Position numbers and translations under genes: made by a program. This document shows positions 1 to 7,328 of a DNA stretch of 64,000 nucleotides, one piece after another. The notes under the pieces were generated by a model, which saw only the letters and a program-made list of their open reading frames with translations, did no database searches and was not told the origin of the DNA. The DNA is taken from assembly GCA_045804965.1 (NCBI GenBank), contig JBJMMD010000016.1, positions 133,482 to 197,481 of the forward strand, in the 5' to 3' direction. Positions within the stretch are counted from its first letter, which is position 1, and each line of letters opens with the position of its first letter. Source of the DNA: Thermomicrobiales bacterium. GTDB lineage: Bacteria > Chloroflexota > Chloroflexia > Thermomicrobiales > UBA6265.

Positions 1-333
1 GTCGCAACGTAAGGACAGCCCTGGCCGCACTCGTTGCGCGGCTTCAACGTAGGCCTGATCGTCGTAGACCCAAAGGCTGCCGTCGCTTCGCTCCATGACG
101 AGGACCCTATGCAGAAATTCCTCATGCTCGACGTGGAACCGGGCGAACTGCTTGAGGAATAAGTTGAGGATCCACTCCGGTGCACGAAACAGCGGTTCAA
201 TTTGAAGCGCGCTGACTGCGATCAATCGTTCCTCAGGAACATCGTTCAAGAGTGCTTGGACAAGTGGTTCATACGTCGGCATCGTCCGCACAAGGTCATC
301 GGGGTTAATTTCTTCGAACTTCACATTCGGCAT
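1..333 (-). CDS. hypothetical protein, 5' part only (gene runs off the left edge)
   Basis: Own translation: ATG at 333-331 preceded by a GGAGTGGAG purine tract. 111 sense codons stay open to nt 1 (MPNVKFEEINPDDLVRTMPTYEPLVQALLNDVPEERL...). Absent from the ORF track because no stop lies in the window. No family recognised. Confidence 0.45.
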   Translation of the reverse strand, partial: MPNVKFEEINPDDLVRTMPTYEPLVQALLNDVPEERLIAVSALQIEPLFRAPEWILNLFLKQFARFHVEHEEFLHRVLVMERSDGSLWVYDDQAYVEAAQRVRPGLSLRCD

Positions 334-373
334 GGTGAACTCCACTCCGCAGCCGCTGCGATACGTAACGAAA

Positions 374-410
374 GAGAGACCAGCCGGAGAACGTATCCGG
401 CTGGTCTCTT
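374..410 (-). terminator. stem-loop terminator after the ABC-2 permease gene
   Basis: 13-14 bp perfect stem GAGACCAGCCGGA / TCCGGCTGGTCTC with a 7-nt loop, about 20 nt past the permease stop. Followed on the minus strand by CTTTCGTT. Confidence 0.6.
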
Positions 411-430
411 ATTCCCGTGCACGTATAGAT

Positions 431-1192
431 TTACGCCGTCGCTTGCCGGAAGGACCGCGCAGCCCACCACACGGACAAGACGGCCACCGCCATGAAAATG
501 ACAAGCGCTTGCCACACATCGCCGTCGCCGGCGCGGCCGTTGAAGAGATCGCGGCCGGCGTCCACCGCGTAAGCAAACGGATTGAAGTCGGCGATTCGTC
601 GCAGCCATCCGGGTGCGAGCGTGAGCGGCAAGAAAATCCCCGAGAGCAAGAGGAGCGGCATCGTGATCGTATTCAGCACCGGCGCCAGCGCGTCTTCGCT
701 CTTCAGGTAAATCGCAAGCGAATAGGAGATCGACGCGAGCGCCGAGGCGATGATCGCCAGTAAACCGAGCATTACCAGAAAACCACCGAGATCGAAGTTG
801 AGTCCGAACGGGATCGATAGCACTACGAGCATCGTTGCCTGAACGAGGATGATCAGGATGTCGCGGGCAACATGGCCAAGCAGGAGGGCGAGCCGGCTGA
901 CCGGTGTGACGCGGAAGCGTTCGATCACGCCGAAGCGCATTTCGTCGATGAGCCCGAACCCGGCAAACGCGGAGAAGAGCGCGAGCTGGATGAGGAGCCC
1001 AGGGACGAACAAATTCATCGCGCCGCCGCTGGGAAACCCCGGGCCTCTGGCTACCTTCTTGAAGAGCGGTCCGAACAGCGTCAGAAAGAAGATGGGCTGG
1101 ATAAGCCCGAAGATCACCCAAACCGGGTTGCGAATGGTTTCCTTCAGGCTACGGACAAAGAGCAACCAGGTCTCGCGTAGCAAGTTCATCAA
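431..1192 (-). CDS. ABC-2 type transporter permease (DrrB-like)
   Basis: 253-aa ORF with multiple hydrophobic segments and an ABC-2-like N-terminus (LFVRSLKETIRNPVWVIFGLIQPIFF). Lies 18 nt downstream of the ATPase gene on the same strand. Confidence 0.85.
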   Translation of the reverse strand: MMNLLRETWLLFVRSLKETIRNPVWVIFGLIQPIFFLTLFGPLFKKVARGPGFPSGGAMNLFVPGLLIQLALFSAFAGFGLIDEMRFGVIERFRVTPVSRLALLLGHVARDILIILVQATMLVVLSIPFGLNFDLGGFLVMLGLLAIIASALASISYSLAIYLKSEDALAPVLNTITMPLLLLSGIFLPLTLAPGWLRRIADFNPFAYAVDAGRDLFNGRAGDGDVWQALVIFMAVAVLSVWWAARSFRQATA

Positions 1193-1209
1193 ATACGACT
1201 CCTCGAAAG

Positions 1210-2175
1210 CTAAGCGTCTGAGTCACGCAACGAGCGGCCGGTTTGCCGCAGGAAGACATCGTCCAGGCTAGGGCGGGCTAGTGAAATCGCCGCCAGACCA
1301 AGTCCGGCTCCGTCGAGCGTGCGCAGGATTTGCGGCAACGCCACTTCTCCCCGATCGACGTAGAGGCGGAGCGCCCCGTCACCTTCCGGTTCCAGCTCCC
1401 GCACGAAGTGCTGTTCCTTGAGCAATTGCTCGGCCTGATGGACCGCGCCGTTGTGGGTGGCAAGACCGACCGTGACGACGTCGCCCGCGACTCGGCGCTT
1501 CAATTCGTCCGGTGTGCCCTCAGCCACGATCTGGCCATTGTCGATGATCGCCACGCGATCACAGAGTTCGTCCGCCTCCTCGAGATAGTGCGTCGTCAGA
1601 AAGACGGTCGTGCCCTGATCCCGGAAGCGACGCACCTCATCCCAGAGACGAGCGCGACTCTGTGGGTCAAGCCCCGTCGTCGGCTCATCGAGGAAGATGA
1701 GCGGTGGCTGGTGCACCAGCCCGAGCGCGAGATCGAGCCGGCGCTTTTGACCTCCTGAGTAGGTGGAGGCGATGCGGTCGGCGAATCCATCGAGCTCGAA
1801 GGACTTGAGAAGGACCTCTGTCCGGTTCTTCGCTTCCCGCGTGCTGAGTCCATAGAGCTGCGCCTGGAGGACGAGGTTCTCGCGCCCGGTCGCGTGCCGG
1901 TCGACACCGCCGACCTGGCTGACACAGCCGATCCGGCAGCGGACCTTGCGAGGTTCCCGCCGGAGATCGCACCCGGCAACGATTGCTTCGCCGCTCGTCG
2001 GTTCGAGGAGCGTCGTCAACATCCGCAGAGTCGTCGTCTTGCCGGCGCCATTTGGGCCAAGAAAGCCAAAGATTTCCCCTTCGCGCACCTGCAAGTTGAC
2101 ACCTCTAACAGCCTCGACCACATCTTTTCGCGATTTGAAGCTCTTCTTCAACTCGCGCGTCTCGATAATCGACAT
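1210..2175 (-). CDS. ABC transporter ATP-binding protein (DrrA/CcmA-like exporter ATPase)
   Basis: Walker A GPNGAGKTT, signature YSGGQKRRLDLA, Walker B LIFLDEPTTGLD, H-loop TTHYLEE. GGAG lies 7 nt before the ATG. Confidence 0.95.
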   Translation of the reverse strand: MSIIETRELKKSFKSRKDVVEAVRGVNLQVREGEIFGFLGPNGAGKTTTLRMLTTLLEPTSGEAIVAGCDLRREPRKVRCRIGCVSQVGGVDRHATGRENLVLQAQLYGLSTREAKNRTEVLLKSFELDGFADRIASTYSGGQKRRLDLALGLVHQPPLIFLDEPTTGLDPQSRARLWDEVRRFRDQGTTVFLTTHYLEEADELCDRVAIIDNGQIVAEGTPDELKRRVAGDVVTVGLATHNGAVHQAEQLLKEQHFVRELEPEGDGALRLYVDRGEVALPQILRTLDGAGLGLAAISLARPSLDDVFLRQTGRSLRDSDA

Positions 2176-2275
2176 CGGTCTGCTCCACTATGCCTAACAA
2201 TTCGCGGCCCATCCGCGGCCGGAGGAATCGATCAAGGTCCGCTTTTGCCGCGCTCAGAATCGGCGGCTCGATTGC

Positions 2276-2443
2276 TTAGCCACGGTCCGGCCCTTGATCG
2301 CGCCCGTCGCGAGTCCTGGCGACCAGTGCGATCTGACCATCGCCGCGTAAGAAGGTGTAGGTCGCGGCGAGGATGAGCAACCAGCCCAGGATCAAGACGC
2401 AATGGTGAGTCAGGAAGCTGTCCGTCAACGAAAGGTCGACCAT
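2276..2443 (-). CDS. unannotated 55-aa single-pass membrane micro-protein (first cistron of the exporter operon)
   Basis: Own translation: MVDLSLTDSFLTHHCVLILGWLLILAATYTFLRGDGQIALVARTRDGRDQGPDRG*. GGAGGA lies 5 nt before the ATG. Third-codon positions are strongly G/C like neighbouring genes. One clear TM helix. Too short for the ORF track. Confidence 0.4.
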   Translation of the reverse strand: MVDLSLTDSFLTHHCVLILGWLLILAATYTFLRGDGQIALVARTRDGRDQGPDRG

Positions 2444-2502
2444 TGGAATCCTCCGCAGCGCGCCAAACGCGAGGTAGTCGCAATCGCGAGATTACAATCT
2501 GG

Positions 2503-2531
2503 AATATACAAAATTGTATACCCCATGTCAA
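2503..2531 (-). promoter_or_regulatory. sigma70-type promoter overlapped by a palindromic operator (candidate PadR site)
   Basis: Minus strand reads TTGACA (2531-2526), a 17-nt spacer, then TATATT (2508-2503). The palindrome TATACAA-TT-TTGTATA (2505-2520) covers the spacer and -10 box. It sits in a local AT-rich island between the PadR gene and the exporter genes. Confidence 0.55.
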
Positions 2532-2634
2532 CAGCCTATTAGCGTCAAGTTAGGGTTGTCCGGGCTCACCGCGAGACGAGCGTTTGAATCGTCGGCCACG
2601 AGCGGCCAGATGCAATAAATTAGCATTCACTGCA

Positions 2635-3249
2635 TTATTTGTCAATAGTTTCGCAATTTATTTGATCAGGACGGTGCTGGCGTTCCCAGAAATCGCCCTT
2701 GCCATACGGAAGCTCGCCCGCGTCCACCTTCTCGATCACGTCCTTCGACCATTCGATGTCCATCCTCGCGCGGCCCACCATTCGTCGTTGCAAATAGGCC
2801 ACGTGCGGGGGTGTGAACTCGTCCGGCGGCTGATTGGCCTGGAACTCTAGAGCGTCGATCATCGCCTGCAACGCGCTGATCCGGCTCCGGAGCGCGGCGA
2901 TGATTTCTTCACTCGACAAATAGGGCATGAACGCGGCGGCAACCATGAATGGGTCAATCACCGGCTTAACTTGCCACCAATATTCGCGGAGAAGGCTGCG
3001 GAACGTGTCCTCCCCGGTAGGGGTGATCACATAGCCGATCCGGGCGGGGCGATTGCCGACCGTCTGTTCGCCGACGGTCTCCAACAGGCCCTCTACCGCC
3101 ATCGACTTGAGCGCATGGTAGATCGAACCATAGGCGATGTTCGCCCATTGATCGGCGTGCCATGACTCCAACTCGCGTCGCACTTCATAACCATAGGTCG
3201 GTTGTTTGAAGTGGAGCACACCGAGGATGAGCAATCGTGTTGCGGACAT
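2635..3249 (-). CDS. PadR family transcriptional regulator
   Basis: Winged-helix PadR signature LLILGVLHFKQPTYGYEVRRELE...GSIYHALKSMAVEGLLE plus a C-terminal dimerisation domain. Start taken at ATG 3249 (MSATRLL) rather than the track start 3288. Confidence 0.9.
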   Translation of the reverse strand: MSATRLLILGVLHFKQPTYGYEVRRELESWHADQWANIAYGSIYHALKSMAVEGLLETVGEQTVGNRPARIGYVITPTGEDTFRSLLREYWWQVKPVIDPFMVAAAFMPYLSSEEIIAALRSRISALQAMIDALEFQANQPPDEFTPPHVAYLQRRMVGRARMDIEWSKDVIEKVDAGELPYGKGDFWERQHRPDQINCETIDK

Positions 3250-3425
3250 TGGCTGCCTCGCTGGCGCGGACGGAACGTACCGCTGCAAGCCTAGGGGTCA
3301 ATTGGAACGCTGGTCAAGGAGAGCCGACAAGATTGTCGAATTCGTGCTCGTTCGTTCGTCGGTATGATGACGAGAGCATTGGACTCTCCGTTCGCGCGAA
3401 ACATTCAATGGAAAGGACGCGTCCC

Positions 3426-3770
3426 ATGCGGTATCTCCTGCTGATCTACGGCGACGAATCGGCCGAGTTGAATCCTGCGGCAATGGAAAAGGTCATGTCG
3501 GCGTACAACGAGTTCACGAACGAAGTTCAAACTGCCGGAAAAATGCAGGCAGCTGAGGCGCTCCAACCGACGACCACCGCCACCACCGTCCGCGTCAGGA
3601 ATAGTGAGACGATGATGTCAGACGGACCTTTCGCCGAAACGAAGGAACAGCTCGGCGGGTTCTATTTGCTTGACTGCAAGGATCTCAACGAAGCGATCTC
3701 GTATGCCGCCAAGATTCCCGGAGCGCAGCAGGGCTCGATTGAAGTCCGCCCGATCTGGGAAATGGGCTAA
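3426..3770 (+). CDS. YciI-like (YCII/DGPF domain) protein
   Basis: MRYLLLIYGDE...SDGPFAETKEQLGGFYLLDCKDLNEAISYAAKIP is typical of the YCII family. ATG at 3426, inside track ORF 3237..3770. Confidence 0.85.
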   Translation: MRYLLLIYGDESAELNPAAMEKVMSAYNEFTNEVQTAGKMQAAEALQPTTTATTVRVRNSETMMSDGPFAETKEQLGGFYLLDCKDLNEAISYAAKIPGAQQGSIEVRPIWEMG

Positions 3771-3786
3771 GGCGAGATCGATTTAT

Positions 3787-3811
3787 GGGACCGGAAGGAC
3801 GACCCGGTCCC
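3787..3811 (+). other. intercistronic stem-loop between the YciI-like and sigma genes
   Basis: 8-bp stem GGGACCGG / CCGGTCCC with a 9-nt loop, 17 nt after the YciI-like stop. No U-tract, so its function (attenuation or mRNA stabilisation) is open. Confidence 0.3.
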
Positions 3812-3832
3812 AAACCAATCTGAGGCGTTCGA

Positions 3833-5074
3833 TTGTCCACGTCGATTGGCACCTTTATCGAGCGGGTTTTCCGCGAAGATTCCGCGCAAGTGCTCGCGAC
3901 GCTGATTCGCCAGACCGGCGATTTCTCCGTCGCTGAAGATGCGGTCCAGGATGCGTTCGCCGCCGCGCTTCGCGACTGGCCGAAAAACGGATTACCCACG
4001 AACCCGGGCGCCTGGATTACGACGACCGCCCGCCGGAAAGCCATCGATCGCCTTCGGCGCGAAAACGATGGGTTGCAGAAGCAAGTGCAGCTCGAGGTCT
4101 TGGCCGATCTCCAACGGGACGACGCCATGGACATCCCCGACGGCACCATCCCCGATGACCGTCTCCGTTTGATCTTCACCTGTTGCCACCCGGCGCTCGC
4201 GCCCGAGGCGCGGGTGGCATTGACCCTGCGCACGCTCGGCGGTCTGACCACAACTGAGATCGCCCGCGCCTTTATCGTCGCCGAGCCGACGATTGGCCAA
4301 CGACTCAGCCGGGCGAAACGCAAAATCCGCGAAGCTGGGATTCCGTACGAAGTGCCGCCGGATCACGCGTTGCGTCAACGGCTCGCTTCGGTGCTGGCGG
4401 TGATCTATCTCGTGTTCAATGAAGGGTATTCGGCGAGTTCCGGCGCTACTCCCTTGCGCATTGATCCGTCATGGGAGGCAATCAGGCTTGGCCGCGTCTT
4501 GAACGTGCTCATGCCGGACGAACCTGAAGTGTTAGGTCTTGTCGCTCTGATGCTGCTCCACGACGCGCGCAAGGCCACGCGCGTCGATGCTGAAGGCGTT
4601 ACGATTCGTCTTGAAGATCAAGACCGGTCGCAATGGGACCGGGCGCAAATCGGCGAAGGCGTCGCCTTGCTCGACCGCGCCCTTCGCATGCGGCGGATCG
4701 GACCGTATCAGCTGCAGGCCGCGATTGCGGCGCTCCACGCTGAGTCCCCGAGCGCCGCCGAAACCGACTGGCGCGAGATTTCGATCCTCTATCAGAAACT
4801 TGTGAACCTCAATCCATCGCCGGTCATCGAGCTCAACCGAGCCGCGGCCATCTCCATGGCGGATGGACCCGAGGCCGGATTGCCTCTTGTCGACCGCCTA
4901 GCTTCTTCGCTCGACACGTACTTACCGCTCCACGCGACTCGCGCCGATCTCCTGAACCGCGTTGGTGAATTTGGCGAGGCCGCCAAAGCCTATCGCCGCG
5001 CCCTCGAACTCGTCCGCACCGATGCCGAACGCCGATTCTTCGAACGGCGGCTGGCCGAAGTGATGAACGTGTAG
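3833..5074 (+). CDS. ECF-type RNA polymerase sigma factor with long C-terminal helical extension
   Basis: Sigma region 2 ([13 protein letters not shown]; [20 protein letters not shown]) and region 4 ([26 protein letters not shown]), plus a ~230-aa C-terminal domain. This is the usual genomic partner of a YciI-like gene. TTG start with GAGG 7 nt upstream. Confidence 0.85.
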   Translation: MSTSIGTFIERVFREDSAQVLATLIRQTGDFSVAEDAVQDAFAAALRDWPKNGLPTNPGAWITTTARRKAIDRLRRENDGLQKQVQLEVLADLQRDDAMDIPDGTIPDDRLRLIFTCCHPALAPEARVALTLRTLGGLTTTEIARAFIVAEPTIGQRLSRAKRKIREAGIPYEVPPDHALRQRLASVLAVIYLVFNEGYSASSGATPLRIDPSWEAIRLGRVLNVLMPDEPEVLGLVALMLLHDARKATRVDAEGVTIRLEDQDRSQWDRAQIGEGVALLDRALRMRRIGPYQLQAAIAALHAESPSAAETDWREISILYQKLVNLNPSPVIELNRAAAISMADGPEAGLPLVDRLASSLDTYLPLHATRADLLNRVGEFGEAAKAYRRALELVRTDAERRFFERRLAEVMNV

Positions 5075-5275
5075 CACCGCGGTTGGCTCACAGCAGTGCA
5101 GCCCTCACCGGCCAAGATCACAGGCATGCTCTGCCGTAAGGTAAGCCTTACCGACGCCTACGCGGCTGCGCCGCGACGCCGGGCTAGAAGCCCAGCGCTA
5201 AGACGACGAAGCCCCCGCTAGGGCTACGATGGATTCTCCCGCGAAGCACAGGTGCGTTGAGACGCTGATGCATCG

Positions 5276-6409
5276 TCAACTTTCGAGTCCAAACCAGCGG
5301 GCCTTGCGGCTGGAGCCAAAGGCTGTCTTCTCGGCGCGCAACTCTCGGGACGGCGGTTCGAGCGCCGCGCGGGTCGATGGCCCGCCGAGGAAGTTGACGT
5401 CGACCTTCCCGACTTGTCCGCGTCCGAACTCGAGATAACAGATACCGGCGCCCTCGTAGCGGGTTTCATCCGCCGCAGCATGGGCCTGCGCGATGAGTTG
5501 TTGCGCGACGATCTTGGCTTGGCCCTCGGAAAAAACACCTGCCCGCGGTACGCCTACACTGGCTACGTCACCAAAGGCATAGACATCTGGAAAGCGCGTC
5601 TTAAGCGTGTATTTGTCCGTCGGAATCCACCCGTTCTCAGTCAGGCACGAATCGATCACGACTTTTGGAGCGACGTGCAAGGGTATGGCCAGGACGAGGT
5701 CGGCCTCGACCGCGCGACCGTCGGCCAATCGCACGGTCCGGCCTTCATCTTCGATCGCGGTGATCTTGGCGCTGCCCATGAACGTGATGTCCCGATCGAC
5801 GAGCGCGGCGAGGACCGCAGCGCCCACCTCGGGTGAGACCGGGAGCGGCGTCGGTTGCGGCGAGACGAGTGTGATGGTCGACGTCTCCCGCAGACCGCGC
5901 TCAACCAGGAAGTCGTGCATCAACATCGAACACTCGCTTGGGGCTGGAGGACACTTGTAGTGCGGCGTGGTGACCGCGATGACGACTTTGCCGCCTGCGA
6001 ATCCCGCCAGGACGTCTCGCAGTTCTTCCGCTCCCTTGACCGAGTAGAACTCATGGCCAAACTCGACGAGACCTGGCGTCGCCGACGGATCGAGATCGGC
6101 GCCGAGGGCGACGACCAGCACATCGCCCTCGTAGCTTCCCCGGTCGGTGACCGCGCGTTTGCGCGCAGGATCTATCGACAGAATCGTCTCCTGGCGAAAC
6201 TTGACCCCCGGCTTAGCAAACGCGCGGTACGGCATTCGGACCGCTGCCGGCTCCTCCCGACCGAACATCACATCCAGCTTGGAAAACCCGAAGATGAAGC
6301 TGTCGTTCTGGTCGATCAGCGTCACCGCGACTTCGTCGCCGAGGGCATCTGAGAGGCACGTGGCGAGTTCGAGTCCACCAAAGCCGGCGCCTAGAATCAA
6401 AACGTGCAC
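5276..6409 (-). CDS. NAD(P)/FAD-dependent oxidoreductase, sulfide:quinone oxidoreductase-like
   Basis: N-terminal GxGxxG (VLILGAGFGGLE), KCPPAPSE motif resembling the SQR KC(P/A)GAP loop, and a C-terminal FGDVAS FAD motif. GTG start. Confidence 0.8.
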   Translation of the reverse strand: MHVLILGAGFGGLELATCLSDALGDEVAVTLIDQNDSFIFGFSKLDVMFGREEPAAVRMPYRAFAKPGVKFRQETILSIDPARKRAVTDRGSYEGDVLVVALGADLDPSATPGLVEFGHEFYSVKGAEELRDVLAGFAGGKVVIAVTTPHYKCPPAPSECSMLMHDFLVERGLRETSTITLVSPQPTPLPVSPEVGAAVLAALVDRDITFMGSAKITAIEDEGRTVRLADGRAVEADLVLAIPLHVAPKVVIDSCLTENGWIPTDKYTLKTRFPDVYAFGDVASVGVPRAGVFSEGQAKIVAQQLIAQAHAAADETRYEGAGICYLEFGRGQVGKVDVNFLGGPSTRAALEPPSRELRAEKTAFGSSRKARWFGLES

Positions 6410-6513
6410 ACCACGCCCCCTTCGCCCACCGGACCGTACTCAATTCGAAGCAATGATCATTGATTTTACTGCTGGATCTGCTGTCGTGCGTACTGATGCC
6501 ACACGATGACATG

Positions 6514-7146
6514 TTATCGCGGCTGGGCTGGCTTCCGAAGGTACGGCTTGATCGTCTTGTACCCTGGGTAGCGCAGCGCCGCATCCGCGTCGGAGACGGC
6601 CGGGATAATGATGACATCGTCCCCAGCCCGCCAATCAGCCGGCGTTGCGACCTGGTAAGTCGCGGTCAATTGCAGGGAATCGATCACCCGCAAGATCTCG
6701 CCGAAGTCGCGTCCAGTCGATGCCAGATAGGTCAGCGTCAGTTTCACCTTTTTGTCGGGACCGACGACGAAAACCGATCGCACCGTAGCGGTGGTGCTGG
6801 CGTTTGGATGGATCATTCCGTACATCGACGCGACTTCGCGATCTTGGTCGGCGACGACTGGGTAGTCTGGGCGAGACCCGGTGACGTCTTCGATGTCTCA
6901 GAGCCAACGCTCGTGCGAATCGAGCGGATCGACGCTGACCGCAAGCACCTTCGTGTTGCGCTTGGCGAACTCACCTTTGAGTCGCGCCACTGCACCGAGC
7001 TCAGTCGTGCAGACGGGGGTGAAATCGGCGGGATGCGAGAAGAGCACGCCTCAGTCACTTCCAAGAAACTCATGAAAGTCGATCGGTCCTGCGGTCGTTT
7101 CCGCCTGGAAGTTCGGAGCTTCGTCGCCCAATTGAACTGAAGCCAT
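6514..7146 (-). pseudogene. 1-Cys peroxiredoxin (Prx6-like) interrupted by two in-frame TGA codons
   Basis: Own translation in one frame: MASVQLGDEAPNFQAETTAGPIDFHEFLGSD*GVLFSHPADFTPVCTTELGAVARLKGEFAKRNTKVLAVSVDPLDSHERWL*DIEDVTG...MYGMIHPNAS... Stops at 7051-7053 and 6898-6900. AGGAGG SD and ATG are intact, there is no frameshift, and the total is 210 codons as expected for the family. Confidence 0.85.
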
Positions 7147-7328
7147 CGTGCACCTCCTAGAATGCTGAAACAGAACGACGCGGAAGCAAAGAGGATGAAA
7201 CACACGAATGTTTCCTCCCTGAATCAAGTTAGACGAAGGCGACCGCCGTGAAGTGCGTACAAATTCGTGATTCTTGGGAAGCGTTGTCTGTGGTGACTTG
7301 GCCAGGGAGCGCACCAGACTCCACGCGG

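Noticed and set aside
202-495. 97-aa plus-strand track ORF at the left edge.
   Set aside because: It overlaps the minus-strand partial gene (1-333) and the terminator hairpin. It is Arg/Pro-rich at its end and has no SD.
2232-2531. 99-aa track ORF in the PadR-to-ATPase spacer.
   Set aside because: It starts inside the -35 box, has no SD and is Arg-rich. The 55-codon ORF in another frame (2276-2443) has an SD, a TM helix and coding-like third positions.
6898-7053. Genome-wide TGA reassignment or selenocysteine as the explanation for the two in-frame TGAs in the peroxiredoxin.
   Set aside because: Many genes in the window clearly terminate at TGA (prmC, the crotonase, the Mo enzyme), and long ORFs are otherwise intact, so there is no global recoding. 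The TGAs are not at redox residues, since the peroxidatic Cys is kept as TGC. I could not see a SECIS-like hairpin right after either TGA. Local read-through is kept as an open alternative in the findings.
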